Source: Catajapyx aquilonaris
Lineage: Eukaryota
Direction of reading: 5' to 3'
DNA: 64,000 nucleotides
Assembly (NCBI GenBank): GCA_000934665.2
Contig: JYFJ02001506.1
Coordinates: 1 to 64,000, forward strand
The translations under genes were made by a program, and so were the position numbers. A model generated the notes under the pieces. That model was not told where the DNA came from and ran no database searches. It was given only the letters and a program-made list of their open reading frames with translations. How positions within the stretch are numbered: the first letter of the stretch is position 1; every line of letters begins with the position of its first letter. This document shows, in pieces, positions 63,716 to 64,000 of the stretch.

Positions 63716-64000
63716 TTGGGTAGTGTGGACCTCCCAACTGAGGAGGTATTGCACGGGCCTTTGTTCTGTTTTAGGCATGTGTACAATGTGTACATACATT
63801 GGAACCTTGTTGCGAATCGGGCTGGGTGACTGCCGGGAGGGGCTGTGCAAGGTGCAAGTGCAATGTATGTAACGGTATATTTTGTGAACTCCCCGGGTGG
63901 ATCAGTATATCGGAGATTCCACCCAAGACGAAGCCAGAGACGACCCAACTCTGCACGATATGAAGGGGGGAGACACCGGGCAGGGATCGAGCCCGGGCGA

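Noticed and set aside
63500..63948. ORFs with poly-Ile and poly-Leu hydrophobic runs
   Set aside because: Translations of the (AAT)n microsatellite, not transmembrane proteins.
1..64000. CRISPR arrays, operons, rRNA or other prokaryotic systems
   Set aside because: No repeat-spacer arrays or dense ORFs; genes have spliceosomal introns.

Overview
Animal (most likely arthropod) genomic DNA with spliceosomal introns; there are no prokaryotic features. The first ~42 kb has no convincing protein-coding gene. It holds fold-back/MITE-like elements, a V-SINE-like fragment, palindromes and microsatellites, and is probably 5' intron or regulatory space of the next gene. A complete spliced CDS for a connectin-like, GPI-type leucine-rich-repeat adhesion protein lies on the + strand in four coding exons (42662-42877, 43025-43538, 44894-45229, 49044-49606; 542 aa). 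Downstream on the + strand are three homologous but strongly diverged first coding exons of an Rh-family ammonium transporter (53786-53960, 57257-57482, 61526-62078). Each has its own ATG, encodes the N-tail, TM1 and first extracellular loop, and ends in the same phase-1 donor at Y-[PA]. I found no Rh exon 2 between them. This suggests one Rh gene with an array of variable first exons spliced to a shared channel body beyond the window; one variant has a 112-residue extracellular loop. This is the most interesting feature.
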